Source of the DNA: Candidatus Acidiferrum sp.
GTDB lineage: Bacteria; Acidobacteriota; Terriglobia; Acidiferrales; UBA7541
NCBI GenBank assembly: GCA_049516615.1
Contig: JBEKSZ010000004.1
Span: forward strand, 3,170-67,169
Length of the DNA stretch: 64,000 nucleotides
Reading direction: 5' to 3'
How positions within the stretch are numbered: the stretch's first letter is position 1; the number at the start of each line of letters is the position of its first letter. Under the pieces are notes generated by a model. It had not been told where the DNA came from and did no database searches. It saw only the letters and a program-made list of their open reading frames with translations. Shown here piece by piece: positions 56,193 to 64,000 of this stretch. A program made the position numbers and the translations under genes.

Positions 56193-57806
56193 CTACGGCC
56201 ACTGGATGATGAAGTGATGGCCTTGTTTTTTCGTGGAGGAAAGCTTCTGCAGCTCGTCGAGGGCGCCGCTGCCCCAGCGCGCCAGGAACGGCAGGAACCC
56301 CAATTCCCGCGATTGCAATGCGTGGTGGGGATACAGTTGTTCTTCGAGGAATTGCTGGTGCGCGCTGAGCAAGGCGTTTTTCCGGTCCTCGGCGCGACCG
56401 GTCTTGCGGCGCAGTTTATCGAGCTGAAACGCGATTTTCATTTCTGCGGTGTTCACCGAGCCGTGCAGGGTGCGGTCAAGCCGTTCGATCTGTTTGCCGA
56501 GATGCGCAAGGGTCCTGGCAATCTGCTTCTGTTCGCGGTCGAAACTCGCGGCAAGCGCCTTGGGGACCGCGCCGCGTTCCAGCAGGCGGCGCAGGGCTTC
56601 CGAGCCGCGCCAGACGTCTTCGACGGTGAGTTTGTACTGGCGCAGTAGCTTGGCGGCCTTCACATCCACCAGCGTGAATCCGGCGCGAGGAAGCATGACG
56701 GGCATACGGCCCAACAATTGCCGATAAATAATCTCCGATTGCGCGAAGTAGGAGATTTCCGCTGCGCCACCGATGTAGGCGACGGTGGGCAACAAAAAGT
56801 CTTGTACTACCGGGCGCAGCAAGGCATTGGGGCTGACCTTGCCCGGCTCAGCGGAAACCAGACGCGCAAATTCCTCCCTGGTCCATGATTTTGTGGCGGA
56901 CTGAAAACTGCTGGCGGTCGCAGTGAGCACTTCCCGCCCGCCGGCGCCCATATAAAAAAGCAATGTGCTCTTGGCTGTGACCTTTACTTGCGCGGCGTAG
57001 CCCGCTTTCTCCAGTTCTTTCCCGCGATACAGCAGGGCCTGGTTCAGCTCATCGCGCTGCGCGGCAGCACGCTCATACATTGGCGCGGCGACCCGGTGCA
57101 ACTCGGGATCGAGCGGATCGAGCAATATCAAACCGCGGCCGGCGAAGACCCGGGCAAACATCTTGGCGAAAGCCGAGCCGTACGTCTCGCCGGGTGAATA
57201 GCTATCGCGCAAAATGTGGGCGAGCAGTGAACTGCCTTGTTGCTCGAGTAAGTCTGAAGCTTGGCGCACGATTTCCGCACTGGCCGAGCCCAGTGCGATG
57301 CGGCCCACCGGCTGGCCGGCAATGGCGGGTCCTGACAGTTCAAAGCGCGTGGACCGCCCGTCGCGAAACCACGTGGTCTGACGGACTTCGTCGACATCGT
57401 GGTCCTCAGTGGCCATCCAGAAGACCGGGACGGCGTCGATGCCTTCGCGGGTCAATTCCTGGGCAACTTGAACGGCCATCAGCGCTTTGTAGGCGGAGTA
57501 CGACGGGCCACCGAAGAGTCCGACTTGCTGCCCGCTGACGATGGCCACAGCGCCATTGGCGAGCCGCTCGAGATTTTTCGGTACCTCTGAATCGCTCCCG
57601 AACGAAGCATTCTGTTTCCGCAGAATTTCCGCGACGCTTTGCGCCCGTTCGCGCGGATATTCCAGGGTCTTGGCCTCGCGGCGGATGACCTTCATCGCGG
57701 GTTCGTGCATATAAAAACTTTTTACGCGCGAGAAATGGTCCAAATAATCCAGGAAGATTTTGGGTTGGTGCGGGAGTTGGCGAAAGGGCAGGGCGCGACA
57801 ATGCAT
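56193..57806 (-). CDS. bshC: Bacillithiol biosynthesis cysteine-adding enzyme
   Basis: 537 aa; SGQQ.GLFGGP.Y..YKA, VFWMATEDHD, SPNALLRPVVQD..LPT.AYIGG.AE..Y.AQ. Confidence 0.93.
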   Translation of the reverse strand: MHCRALPFRQLPHQPKIFLDYLDHFSRVKSFYMHEPAMKVIRREAKTLEYPRERAQSVAEILRKQNASFGSDSEVPKNLERLANGAVAIVSGQQVGLFGGPSYSAYKALMAVQVAQELTREGIDAVPVFWMATEDHDVDEVRQTTWFRDGRSTRFELSGPAIAGQPVGRIALGSASAEIVRQASDLLEQQGSSLLAHILRDSYSPGETYGSAFAKMFARVFAGRGLILLDPLDPELHRVAAPMYERAAAQRDELNQALLYRGKELEKAGYAAQVKVTAKSTLLFYMGAGGREVLTATASSFQSATKSWTREEFARLVSAEPGKVSPNALLRPVVQDFLLPTVAYIGGAAEISYFAQSEIIYRQLLGRMPVMLPRAGFTLVDVKAAKLLRQYKLTVEDVWRGSEALRRLLERGAVPKALAASFDREQKQIARTLAHLGKQIERLDRTLHGSVNTAEMKIAFQLDKLRRKTGRAEDRKNALLSAHQQFLEEQLYPHHALQSRELGFLPFLARWGSGALDELQKLSSTKKQGHHFIIQWP

Positions 57807-57816
57807 GAGCCGTTAG

Positions 57817-57845
57817 ATGTTACGCGAGTCGAAACGTCTCATCAA
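57817..57845 (-). promoter_or_regulatory. Sigma70-like promoter of bshC (very short leader)
   Basis: TTGATG, 17-nt spacer, TAACAT; the -10 box ends 10 nt before ATG 57806. Confidence 0.55.
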
Positions 57846-58352
57846 ACCAGGACACTCGCGAGAGGGCCACAGGCGCGCAAGGGACCATTTGCCCGGGTAG
57901 GCTTGGCGCGAGGCCGAGGTCCTGCCCCTTGTGGCTGATGCCGGGCGGTTTTGCTCTCCTGCGCGGTGTTTGACAAGACTTGGTTCTCGATGAGGAAAAA
58001 GGTGCCCAACGTCAGGTCCTCAGAAGGAGAGCCCGGCAACCCCATGTCATCTTCAACGGTGTGGCCACCCTAGGGTACGACATTGGCCCCGAAAACCTGG
58101 CCCCTCCAAAATGCCCGCGAGCGCAACCGGGTTTGGGGCGTGTTGCCTGGCGGTTGCGAAAATGAGAGCGATAAATCGCCTTTCGCCAACAGCATCAATA
58201 TGCGGATTCCCCGCGCTCTCCGGGAGTTGCCTGTTCTAGAGCGCAAGACGCTTATCCCGCGCCGCCGGCTGCCCCTCTGCGCCGAGGAGGCCGAAGAAGC
58301 CGTCACGCCCGAGAAGAAGCTCGAGAGGCACGCCAAAGGCGCCGCAGCGTGC

Positions 58353-59258
58353 TCAGGAAGAGCAGGCGCCGACCGCAGCCGGTTCCACGCTGGCCAGGAC
58401 GCCGATGATGCGTTTTTTGTGCCACTCTTCGAGCGGCAGTAGCGGCAAGCGCGGGTCGCCGCCTGAGTAACCGCGCTGGTCCATTACGAACTTAATGCCC
58501 GCGATTCCCATCTCAGACATGAAGGTTTTCGAGGCGCGCACCAACACATTTTGCATTTCGCGCGCCAGTTCGAGCTGGCCGTGACGGTAGAGCTGGTAAA
58601 GCGCAGCACACTTTTCGGGCAGGGCGCAGGCCAAAGCCAGGATCGCGCCGCGCGCGCCGATCGTCAGCGAAGGGTACACCGTGGCGGCGGAGCCGACCAG
58701 TATCTGGAAGCCCGGCGGCGTGATGGCGATCATTTCCGCCAGCGCTGGAATATTTCCGGAACTGTCCTTGATGCCCATGATATTGGGATGTTCCGAGAGC
58801 GTGGCGACGTCGCTGGGATCGAGCGCCACGCCGGTGAATATCGGCACCGAGTAAAGCATGACGGGGATGGGCGAGGCATCGGCGACGCGGCGGAAATGCG
58901 CGATTTGCGCTTCAGCTTTGTAAAATGGCTTGTAGTAATAAGGCGTTTTGACCAGCGCGACGTGATAGCCGATTTCTGCTGCACGTTTCACACGTTCGAT
59001 GGTGGCGGCGGTGGACTCCGCGCCGCATCCCGCGATCAGCTTTTTCTCCTTGGCGGCGTTCTCTTTTACCGTGATGAGCACGCCTTCCATCTCTGTTTGT
59101 GTGAGCAGGACGGATTCGCCGGTAGAGCCGAGAGCTACGTATCCAGCCAGGTCGGTCTTGTTGTAGAGCAGAATATTGTGCTTAAGATCGCTCAGCGAAA
59201 CCGAGCCGTCGGCGGCAAATGGCGTGGTGAGCGCCGGGAAAACTCCGGAAAAATCCAT
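58353..59258 (-). CDS. Dihydrodipicolinate synthase-family (DapA-like) class I aldolase
   Basis: PALTTPF, GSTGE, TPYYYK, LYSVPIFTG, IMGIKDSSG (Schiff-base Lys), PRLPL.PL. Confidence 0.9.
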   Translation of the reverse strand: MDFSGVFPALTTPFAADGSVSLSDLKHNILLYNKTDLAGYVALGSTGESVLLTQTEMEGVLITVKENAAKEKKLIAGCGAESTAATIERVKRAAEIGYHVALVKTPYYYKPFYKAEAQIAHFRRVADASPIPVMLYSVPIFTGVALDPSDVATLSEHPNIMGIKDSSGNIPALAEMIAITPPGFQILVGSAATVYPSLTIGARGAILALACALPEKCAALYQLYRHGQLELAREMQNVLVRASKTFMSEMGIAGIKFVMDQRGYSGGDPRLPLLPLEEWHKKRIIGVLASVEPAAVGACSS

Positions 59259-59260
59259 GG

Positions 59261-62200
59261 TCAGTCTCCTGATGCCGGCCCGTTCGAGGCAGCCAGTTTA
59301 CCCTGATGCAAATCCTGCAGCGCGGCGACTTCGATTCCCTGCTCAAGCAACGCGCGAATTCCTAAAGAAGCCGCGTGCGCAGCCGCCAGCGTGGTGATGC
59401 AAGGAATATTGTAACGAATGGCGGCGCGGCGGATGGATTTTTCGTCATAGAAAGACTCGCGGCCGAGCGGGGTGTTGATGACCAGATCGATTTTGCCGGT
59501 CTTGACCAGATCTACGATGTTTGGCCGGCCTTCGTTTACTTTGAAGACCTCTTCGCTCTCAACTCCGGCGGCCTCGAGAGCTGACGCGGTTCCGCGCGTG
59601 GCGAGCAGCTTGAAGCCGAGCGCAGCGAGTTCCTTGCCGAGCGGGCCGACGTGTTTTTTGTCGCGGTCGTTGACGCTGAGGAAAACCGTGCCACTGCGCG
59701 GGAGCTTTTGTCCGGCTGCGAGTTGCGCTTTGGCAAAAGCCAGACCGTAAGAGGTCGAAGTGCCCATCACTTCTCCGGTCGAGCGCATTTCCGGTCCGAG
59801 AATCGTGTCCACGCCGCGGAATTTGTTGAAGGGAAACACCGGCGACTTCACCGCGTAAAAATCGTGAACGGCGATTTCGGCTACGCCGTTATGGCGCACC
59901 AGGGGAAGCTTCATGTTGGCTAGCTTTTTGCCGGCCATCAAGCGCGCGGCGACCTTGGCGAGTGCGACGCCGGTAGCTTTACTGACGTAAGGAATGGTTC
60001 GCGAGGCGCGCGGATTCACTTCAAGAACATAAACAGTATCGCGCTGGATGGCGTATTGCACGTTCATCAGCCCGACCACCTTTAACGCCAGCGCGAGGCG
60101 CTTGGTGTATTCGCGGATGGTCGCGAGAATTTGCGGCGAGAGGCTCACAGGCGGTAGTACGCAGCTTGAATCGCCAGAGTGCACGCCGGCTTCTTCGATG
60201 TGTTCCATGATGCCGCCAATAACCACATCCGTGCCGTCAGCGAGGGCGTCGACGTCGACTTCCGTGGCTTCCTCCAGAAATTGATCGATCAGCACAGGTT
60301 TTGCCGGCCCCATCAGCGCGGCTTGCGCTACGTATTCCTGGACGGTGTTTACGTCATAGGCGATGACCATGGCACGTCCGCCGAGAACGTAACTGGGGCG
60401 GACCAGCACCGGCAGGCCGATTTCCGCAGCTACGCGCGCGGCTTCTTCGGGGATTAGCGCCGTGGCGTTGCGTGGCTGGGGAATTTTCAGCTCATCGAGC
60501 AGACGTCCGAAACGGCGGCGGTCTTCAGCCAAGTCGATGGATTCAGGTGCCGTGCCCAGGATGGGCACACCGTTGCGCTTCAATTCAAGCGCCAGATTGA
60601 GAGGAGTCTGACCGCCGAATTGCACGATCACGCCTTGCGGCTTTTCCTTTTCGAAAATGGCCAGCACATCCTCTAGTGTCAGAGGTTCAAAATACAGGCG
60701 GTCGGAAGTGTCGTAGTCCGTGGAAACCGTTTCCGGGTTGCAGTTCACCATGATGGTCTCGAAACCATCCTCGCGCAGCGCAAAAGACGCGTGGCAGCAG
60801 CAGTAGTCGAATTCGATTCCCTGCCCGATGCGATTCGGGCCGCTGCCGAGAATCATCACTTTGGGGCCGCTCTTTGGTTCCGATTCGTCCTCGTCCTCGT
60901 AAGTCGAGTACATGTACGGCGTGAAAGACTCGAACTCGGCTGCGCAGGTGTCCACGCGTTTAAAGACCGGGGCGACGCCGTAACGCGCGCGCTGGAGGCG
61001 AACGGCTGCGGGCGTGGTCTTCCAGACCTGCGCTAGGTGTTCGTCGCTGGCGCCATTGCGCTTGGCCTCGCGGAGCAGGTCTTTCGAGGCGGTCTCCACG
61101 GTGACGCCAGCGGCGCGGCGATTCATGGCGGTCAGTTCTTCGATCTGCTGAATGAACCACGGATCGATGCTCGTGAGGTCGCAGATCTCATTTGAGGGGA
61201 GCCCGCGTTCGACAGCGGTAAGAATCCAGTGGATGCGGTCCGGTCGCGGCGTGGCTAGCTTTTCCCGCAACAGCGAATCGGGCGTTTCAAGCGGGGCGCG
61301 CCAGGGCGAGCTGGGTTCGAGCGAGCGAACGGCTTTTTGCAGCGCTTCCTTGAAGGTGCGGCCGATGGCCATCACTTCGCCTACGGATTTCATTTGCGTG
61401 CCGAGGGTGCTGTCCGCGCCTGGAAATTTCTCAAACTGGAATTTGGGGATTTTTACGACCACATAGTCGATGGTGGGTTCAAAGCACGCGGGAGTTTTCT
61501 TGGTGATGTCATTGGGGATTTCGTCGAGCGTCATACCCACGGCCAGGCGCGCGGCGATTTTGGCGATGGGGAAGCCCGTCGCTTTACTGGCCAGCGCGCT
61601 GCTGCGGGAGACGCGGGGGTTCATTTCGATGACGGTCATTTTGCCGTTCTCGGGGTTTACCGCGAATTGCACGTTCGATCCGCCGGTTTCCACGCCGACT
61701 TCCCGGATGATGGCTGCCGCTGCGTCGCGCATGCGCTGGTACTCTTTGTCGGTCAGCGTTTGCGCCGGGGCCACGGTGATGGAATCGCCGGTGTGCACGC
61801 CCATGGGATCGAAATTCTCAATACTGCAGATGACCACGAAGTTGTCTTTCTTGTCGCGCATCACCTCCAATTCGAATTCTTTCCATCCGAGGACGGACTC
61901 TTCGACGAGGGCTTCGTGAACGGGGCTCATGTCCAGCGCGTGATTGATGGCTTCGCCGAACTCCTCCTTGTTGTAGGCAATCGATCCGCCCGCGCCGCCC
62001 ATAGTGAACGAGGGACGAATCACCAGCGGGAAGCCGAGTTGATCGCAGAGCCGCAGCGCGTCTTGCGCATTGTTGACCAGAGCGGAGTTGGGCACCTCCA
62101 GGCCAAGCTTTTTGCAGGCGTCCTTAAACCACAGTCGGTCCTCCGCGACTTTGATTGCGCGCAGCGACGCCCCGATCATTTCGACTTTATGCTTTTCCAG

Positions 62201-62521
62201 AACACCGCTCTCGGAAAGCTCAACGGCGAGATTGAGAGCGGTCTGTCCACCCACAGTCGGAAGCAGCGCGTCTGGCCGCTCGCGCGCGATGATTTCCTCG
62301 AGATATTCCTTGGTGAGTGGTTCAATGTACGTGCGGTGCGCCAATTCCGGGTCGGTCATGATGGTGGCAGGATTGGAATTCACCAGCACCACTTCGTAGC
62401 CTTCCGCGCGCAACGCCTTGCAAGCCTGCGCGCCGGAATAATCAAATTCGCAGGCTTGCCCAATGATGATTGGCCCAGAGCCAATGATCAGGATCTTCTT
62501 GATGTCGGTGCGCTTCGGCAT
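59261..62521 (-). CDS. carB: Carbamoyl-phosphate synthase large subunit
   Basis: [30 protein letters not shown], two ATP-grasp halves, MGS domain. Confidence 0.99.
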   Translation of the reverse strand: MPKRTDIKKILIIGSGPIIIGQACEFDYSGAQACKALRAEGYEVVLVNSNPATIMTDPELAHRTYIEPLTKEYLEEIIARERPDALLPTVGGQTALNLAVELSESGVLEKHKVEMIGASLRAIKVAEDRLWFKDACKKLGLEVPNSALVNNAQDALRLCDQLGFPLVIRPSFTMGGAGGSIAYNKEEFGEAINHALDMSPVHEALVEESVLGWKEFELEVMRDKKDNFVVICSIENFDPMGVHTGDSITVAPAQTLTDKEYQRMRDAAAAIIREVGVETGGSNVQFAVNPENGKMTVIEMNPRVSRSSALASKATGFPIAKIAARLAVGMTLDEIPNDITKKTPACFEPTIDYVVVKIPKFQFEKFPGADSTLGTQMKSVGEVMAIGRTFKEALQKAVRSLEPSSPWRAPLETPDSLLREKLATPRPDRIHWILTAVERGLPSNEICDLTSIDPWFIQQIEELTAMNRRAAGVTVETASKDLLREAKRNGASDEHLAQVWKTTPAAVRLQRARYGVAPVFKRVDTCAAEFESFTPYMYSTYEDEDESEPKSGPKVMILGSGPNRIGQGIEFDYCCCHASFALREDGFETIMVNCNPETVSTDYDTSDRLYFEPLTLEDVLAIFEKEKPQGVIVQFGGQTPLNLALELKRNGVPILGTAPESIDLAEDRRRFGRLLDELKIPQPRNATALIPEEAARVAAEIGLPVLVRPSYVLGGRAMVIAYDVNTVQEYVAQAALMGPAKPVLIDQFLEEATEVDVDALADGTDVVIGGIMEHIEEAGVHSGDSSCVLPPVSLSPQILATIREYTKRLALALKVVGLMNVQYAIQRDTVYVLEVNPRASRTIPYVSKATGVALAKVAARLMAGKKLANMKLPLVRHNGVAEIAVHDFYAVKSPVFPFNKFRGVDTILGPEMRSTGEVMGTSTSYGLAFAKAQLAAGQKLPRSGTVFLSVNDRDKKHVGPLGKELAALGFKLLATRGTASALEAAGVESEEVFKVNEGRPNIVDLVKTGKIDLVINTPLGRESFYDEKSIRRAAIRYNIPCITTLAAAHAASLGIRALLEQGIEVAALQDLHQGKLAASNGPASGD

Positions 62522-62575
62522 TCGTCTCTTTTTTTACAAACCTTTCCGTGTAACCTCGGCGCGCTTGAACAACAT

Positions 62576-63745
62576 CTACGGTTGCGGGAACTTAGTCATC
62601 AATTCCGTGAACTGCGTGAACAAGTAGTGCGAATCGTGCGGACCCGGGGAGGCTTCCGGATGGTACTGCACGCTGAAAAGTGGCAGCGATTTATGGCGCA
62701 TGCCTTCATTGGTGCCGTCATTGAGATTGGTGTGGGTGATTTCCACGTCGCTGCTTGGCAAAGAGTCGGGGTCGACACAGAAACCGTGATTCTGCGCAGT
62801 AATTTCCACTTTTTCGGTCAGCAGGTTTTTCACCGGGTGGTTGGACCCGTGGTGACCGAATTTTAGCTTGTAAGTCTTGCCGCCGAGGGCCAGGCCGCAA
62901 AGCTGGTGCCCGAGGCAAATTCCAAAGATGGGCGTCTTGCCCATAAGCTTGCGAATATTGTCCACCGCGTAGTTGATCGGCTCGGGGTCGCCGGGGCCGT
63001 TGGAAAGGAACACGCCATCCCCGCCGAGCGCTAGTACATCTTCGGCCGAAGTTGTCGCGGGCACCACCATCACTTCGCAGTGATGATCCACCAACATGCG
63101 TAAAATGTTTTGCTTGATGCCGTAGTCATAGGCGACCACGCGATGCCTGCGCGTCTCGTCGGCTTGCACCGCCGACCCCATTTGCTCAGTCCAGGGAGCG
63201 GTGGCCAGCTCGATCGAGCCTTTATCCCAGGAGTACGATTTTTTGCACGAGACCCGCCCAGCCAGTTCCTGCCCCGCCATCGCAGGAATCTGCTTGGCTT
63301 CAAAGATCAGTTGGTCAGCGGGAGTGCCATCGGTGGCCACGACTCCGCGCAACGCGCCCACATTGCGGATGTGCCGCACCAGCGCGCGGGTATCAATATC
63401 CCAAATGGCGGGAATCTTATGGCGGTTCAGATACAGCTGGGCAGTTTCCGCAGAGCGCCAATTCGACGAAATCTGCGAAAATTCGCGAACGATCAGCGAT
63501 TCGATGTACGGTCGCGGCGCTTCTTCGTCGTCCACATTTGCGCCGACATTTCCAATGTGCGGATAGGTGAGACAAACAATCTGGCCCGCGTAGCTCGGAT
63601 CGGTGAAAACTTCCTGGTAACCGGTGAGACTGGTGTTAAAAACAACTTCGCCGCCGCGGCGCGTGATGGCGCCGGCCGCGCGGCCGTTAAATACGCGCCC
63701 GTCTTCGAGCGCAAGAATCGCGGGTCGGTGTTGAACTTCGTTCAG
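62576..63745 (-). CDS. carA: Carbamoyl-phosphate synthase small subunit (probable CTG start)
   Basis: The frame extends past the ORF-track start to PAILALEDGRVF.G...GEVVFNTS.TGYQE..TDPSY; also LSNGPGDP, GICLGHQ, QYHPEA.PGP.D. CTG at 63745 lies 5 nt after GGAGG. Confidence 0.96.
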   Translation of the reverse strand: MNEVQHRPAILALEDGRVFNGRAAGAITRRGGEVVFNTSLTGYQEVFTDPSYAGQIVCLTYPHIGNVGANVDDEEAPRPYIESLIVREFSQISSNWRSAETAQLYLNRHKIPAIWDIDTRALVRHIRNVGALRGVVATDGTPADQLIFEAKQIPAMAGQELAGRVSCKKSYSWDKGSIELATAPWTEQMGSAVQADETRRHRVVAYDYGIKQNILRMLVDHHCEVMVVPATTSAEDVLALGGDGVFLSNGPGDPEPINYAVDNIRKLMGKTPIFGICLGHQLCGLALGGKTYKLKFGHHGSNHPVKNLLTEKVEITAQNHGFCVDPDSLPSSDVEITHTNLNDGTNEGMRHKSLPLFSVQYHPEASPGPHDSHYLFTQFTELMTKFPQP

Positions 63746-63778
63746 CGTAGCCTCCGTTCCGGGACACTCTAAAGTCGG

Positions 63779-64000
63779 TCATTTGGATTGCGCATCCGTA
63801 ATCGCCAGCGACCCGAAATGGTCGACCGGCCAATAGGCGAAAACTGCGCGCCCGTAGATAAATTTGTTTTCCACCGCGCCAAAGACTCGCGAGTCGTTGG
63901 AGCTGATGCGATGATCGCCCATCACAAAATAACTGTCCTTCGGCACGGTCACCGGACCAAAATTACTGAAGTCCTCGTAGCGCAGCGGCACGTACGGTTC
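63779..64000 (-). CDS. lepB: Signal peptidase I (3' part only)
   Basis: EPYVP...VP..SYFVMGDHR..SNDSR.FG.V....I.GRA...YWP (box E). Confidence 0.88.
   Translation of the reverse strand, partial: EPYVPLRYEDFSNFGPVTVPKDSYFVMGDHRISSNDSRVFGAVENKFIYGRAVFAYWPVDHFGSLAITDAQSK

Noticed and set aside
63743-63781. lepB and carA in the same frame, suggesting a readthrough fusion
   Set aside because: A strong SD sequence before the CTG explains independent initiation, and a LepB-CarA fusion is topologically implausible.

Overview
A GC-rich, gene-dense bacterial chromosomal segment made mostly of housekeeping and envelope genes. It is most consistent with an Acidobacteriota genome (inference from CxxxY-type CcmE, bshC, Pal with an extra N-terminal beta-rich domain, and PNGase A-type and S53 enzymes). 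Left to right: a variant cytochrome c maturation cluster (ccmC partial, ccmB, ccmA, two extra genes, ccmH, ccmF, ccmE); a UDG-like hypothetical; a small 2Fe-2S protein; a broken DUF6886-like pseudogene; accA, dnaE, a tRNA nucleotidyltransferase, xerD, murJ; lpxD; a plsC/M61/mpl/ldcA/mgtC/pfkB/mtnP/meaB run; a VOC-PP2C fusion; acyl-CoA dehydrogenase; sedolisin; a TPR protein; PilZ; MATE; DUF151; miaB; a complete tol-pal-cpoB cluster; a PNGase A-family amidase; a membrane/SAM-domain/TPR fusion; a TonB-C protein with a PilZ-like N-terminus; ltaE, hemW, yjbQ, bshC, a DHDPS-family aldolase, carB, carA and partial lepB. I saw no rRNA, tRNA, CRISPR array, transposase or prophage. The best candidates for undescribed biology are: (1) a degenerate-PilZ/TM/TonB-C fusion that resembles a free canonical PilZ in the same window; (2) a nucleotidyltransferase whose EDxxR template motif reads NQPVR; (3) two extra ccm genes sharing a CcmI-like helical motif; (4) a VOC-PP2C phosphatase. 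Smaller signals: carA lacks a canonical start and probably uses CTG, several genes look leaderless, a dif-like site lies upstream of murJ-xerD, and GC skew appears to flip near 36-37 kb. All family calls come from motif recognition by eye; no database searches were run.
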